A DNA stretch of 64,000 nucleotides, taken from the NCBI RefSeq assembly GCF_030684315.1, contig NC_081363.1:53882312-53946311 (forward strand), read 5' to 3'. The DNA is from Stegostoma tigrinum (lineage: Eukaryota). Positions 63,906-64,000 of this stretch are shown here, piece by piece (within the stretch, counting starts at the first letter, position 1; the number at the start of each line of letters is the position of its first letter). Both the position numbers and the translations under genes were made by a program. The notes under the pieces were generated by a model. It ran no database searches and had not been told where the DNA came from. It saw only the letters and a program-made list of their open reading frames with translations.

Positions 63906-64000
63906 GAGGGGTTTTGCAACTGACTGCTTGAAACTACAGAGTCGTGAACATAGCCCAGTCCATCACAAAAACCAGCCTTCTATTCATTGACTCAATGAAT

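Overview
AT-rich, repeat-dense vertebrate genomic DNA with no recognisable host protein-coding gene, so probably intergenic or deep intronic. The repeat repertoire (HE1-type and SacSINE1-like tRNA SINEs, many CR1 LINE fragments) points to a shark or other elasmobranch; this is inference. The window holds many CR1 fragments, two decayed Gypsy pol remnants, solo-LTR-like segments, a Tigger-like MITE and a tRNA-Asp-derived pseudogene. Its main feature is a Penelope-like element (PLE) family: one young 2.4-kb RT plus GIY-YIG copy with a 15-bp TSD, two shorter young copies, and more than a dozen 100-280 bp non-coding derivatives, many of them fold-back hairpins with 8-18 bp TSDs. The young copies carry an intact minimal hammerhead ribozyme motif, and several mini-elements start right at that motif. 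Also notable are reiterated template-jump repeats at PLE junctions, two SINE-anchored local inverted duplications of about 0.45-0.5 kb, and a nested LTR structure with a roughly 390-bp direct duplication. All alignments were made by eye, with no database searches, so family names rest on recalled consensus features.
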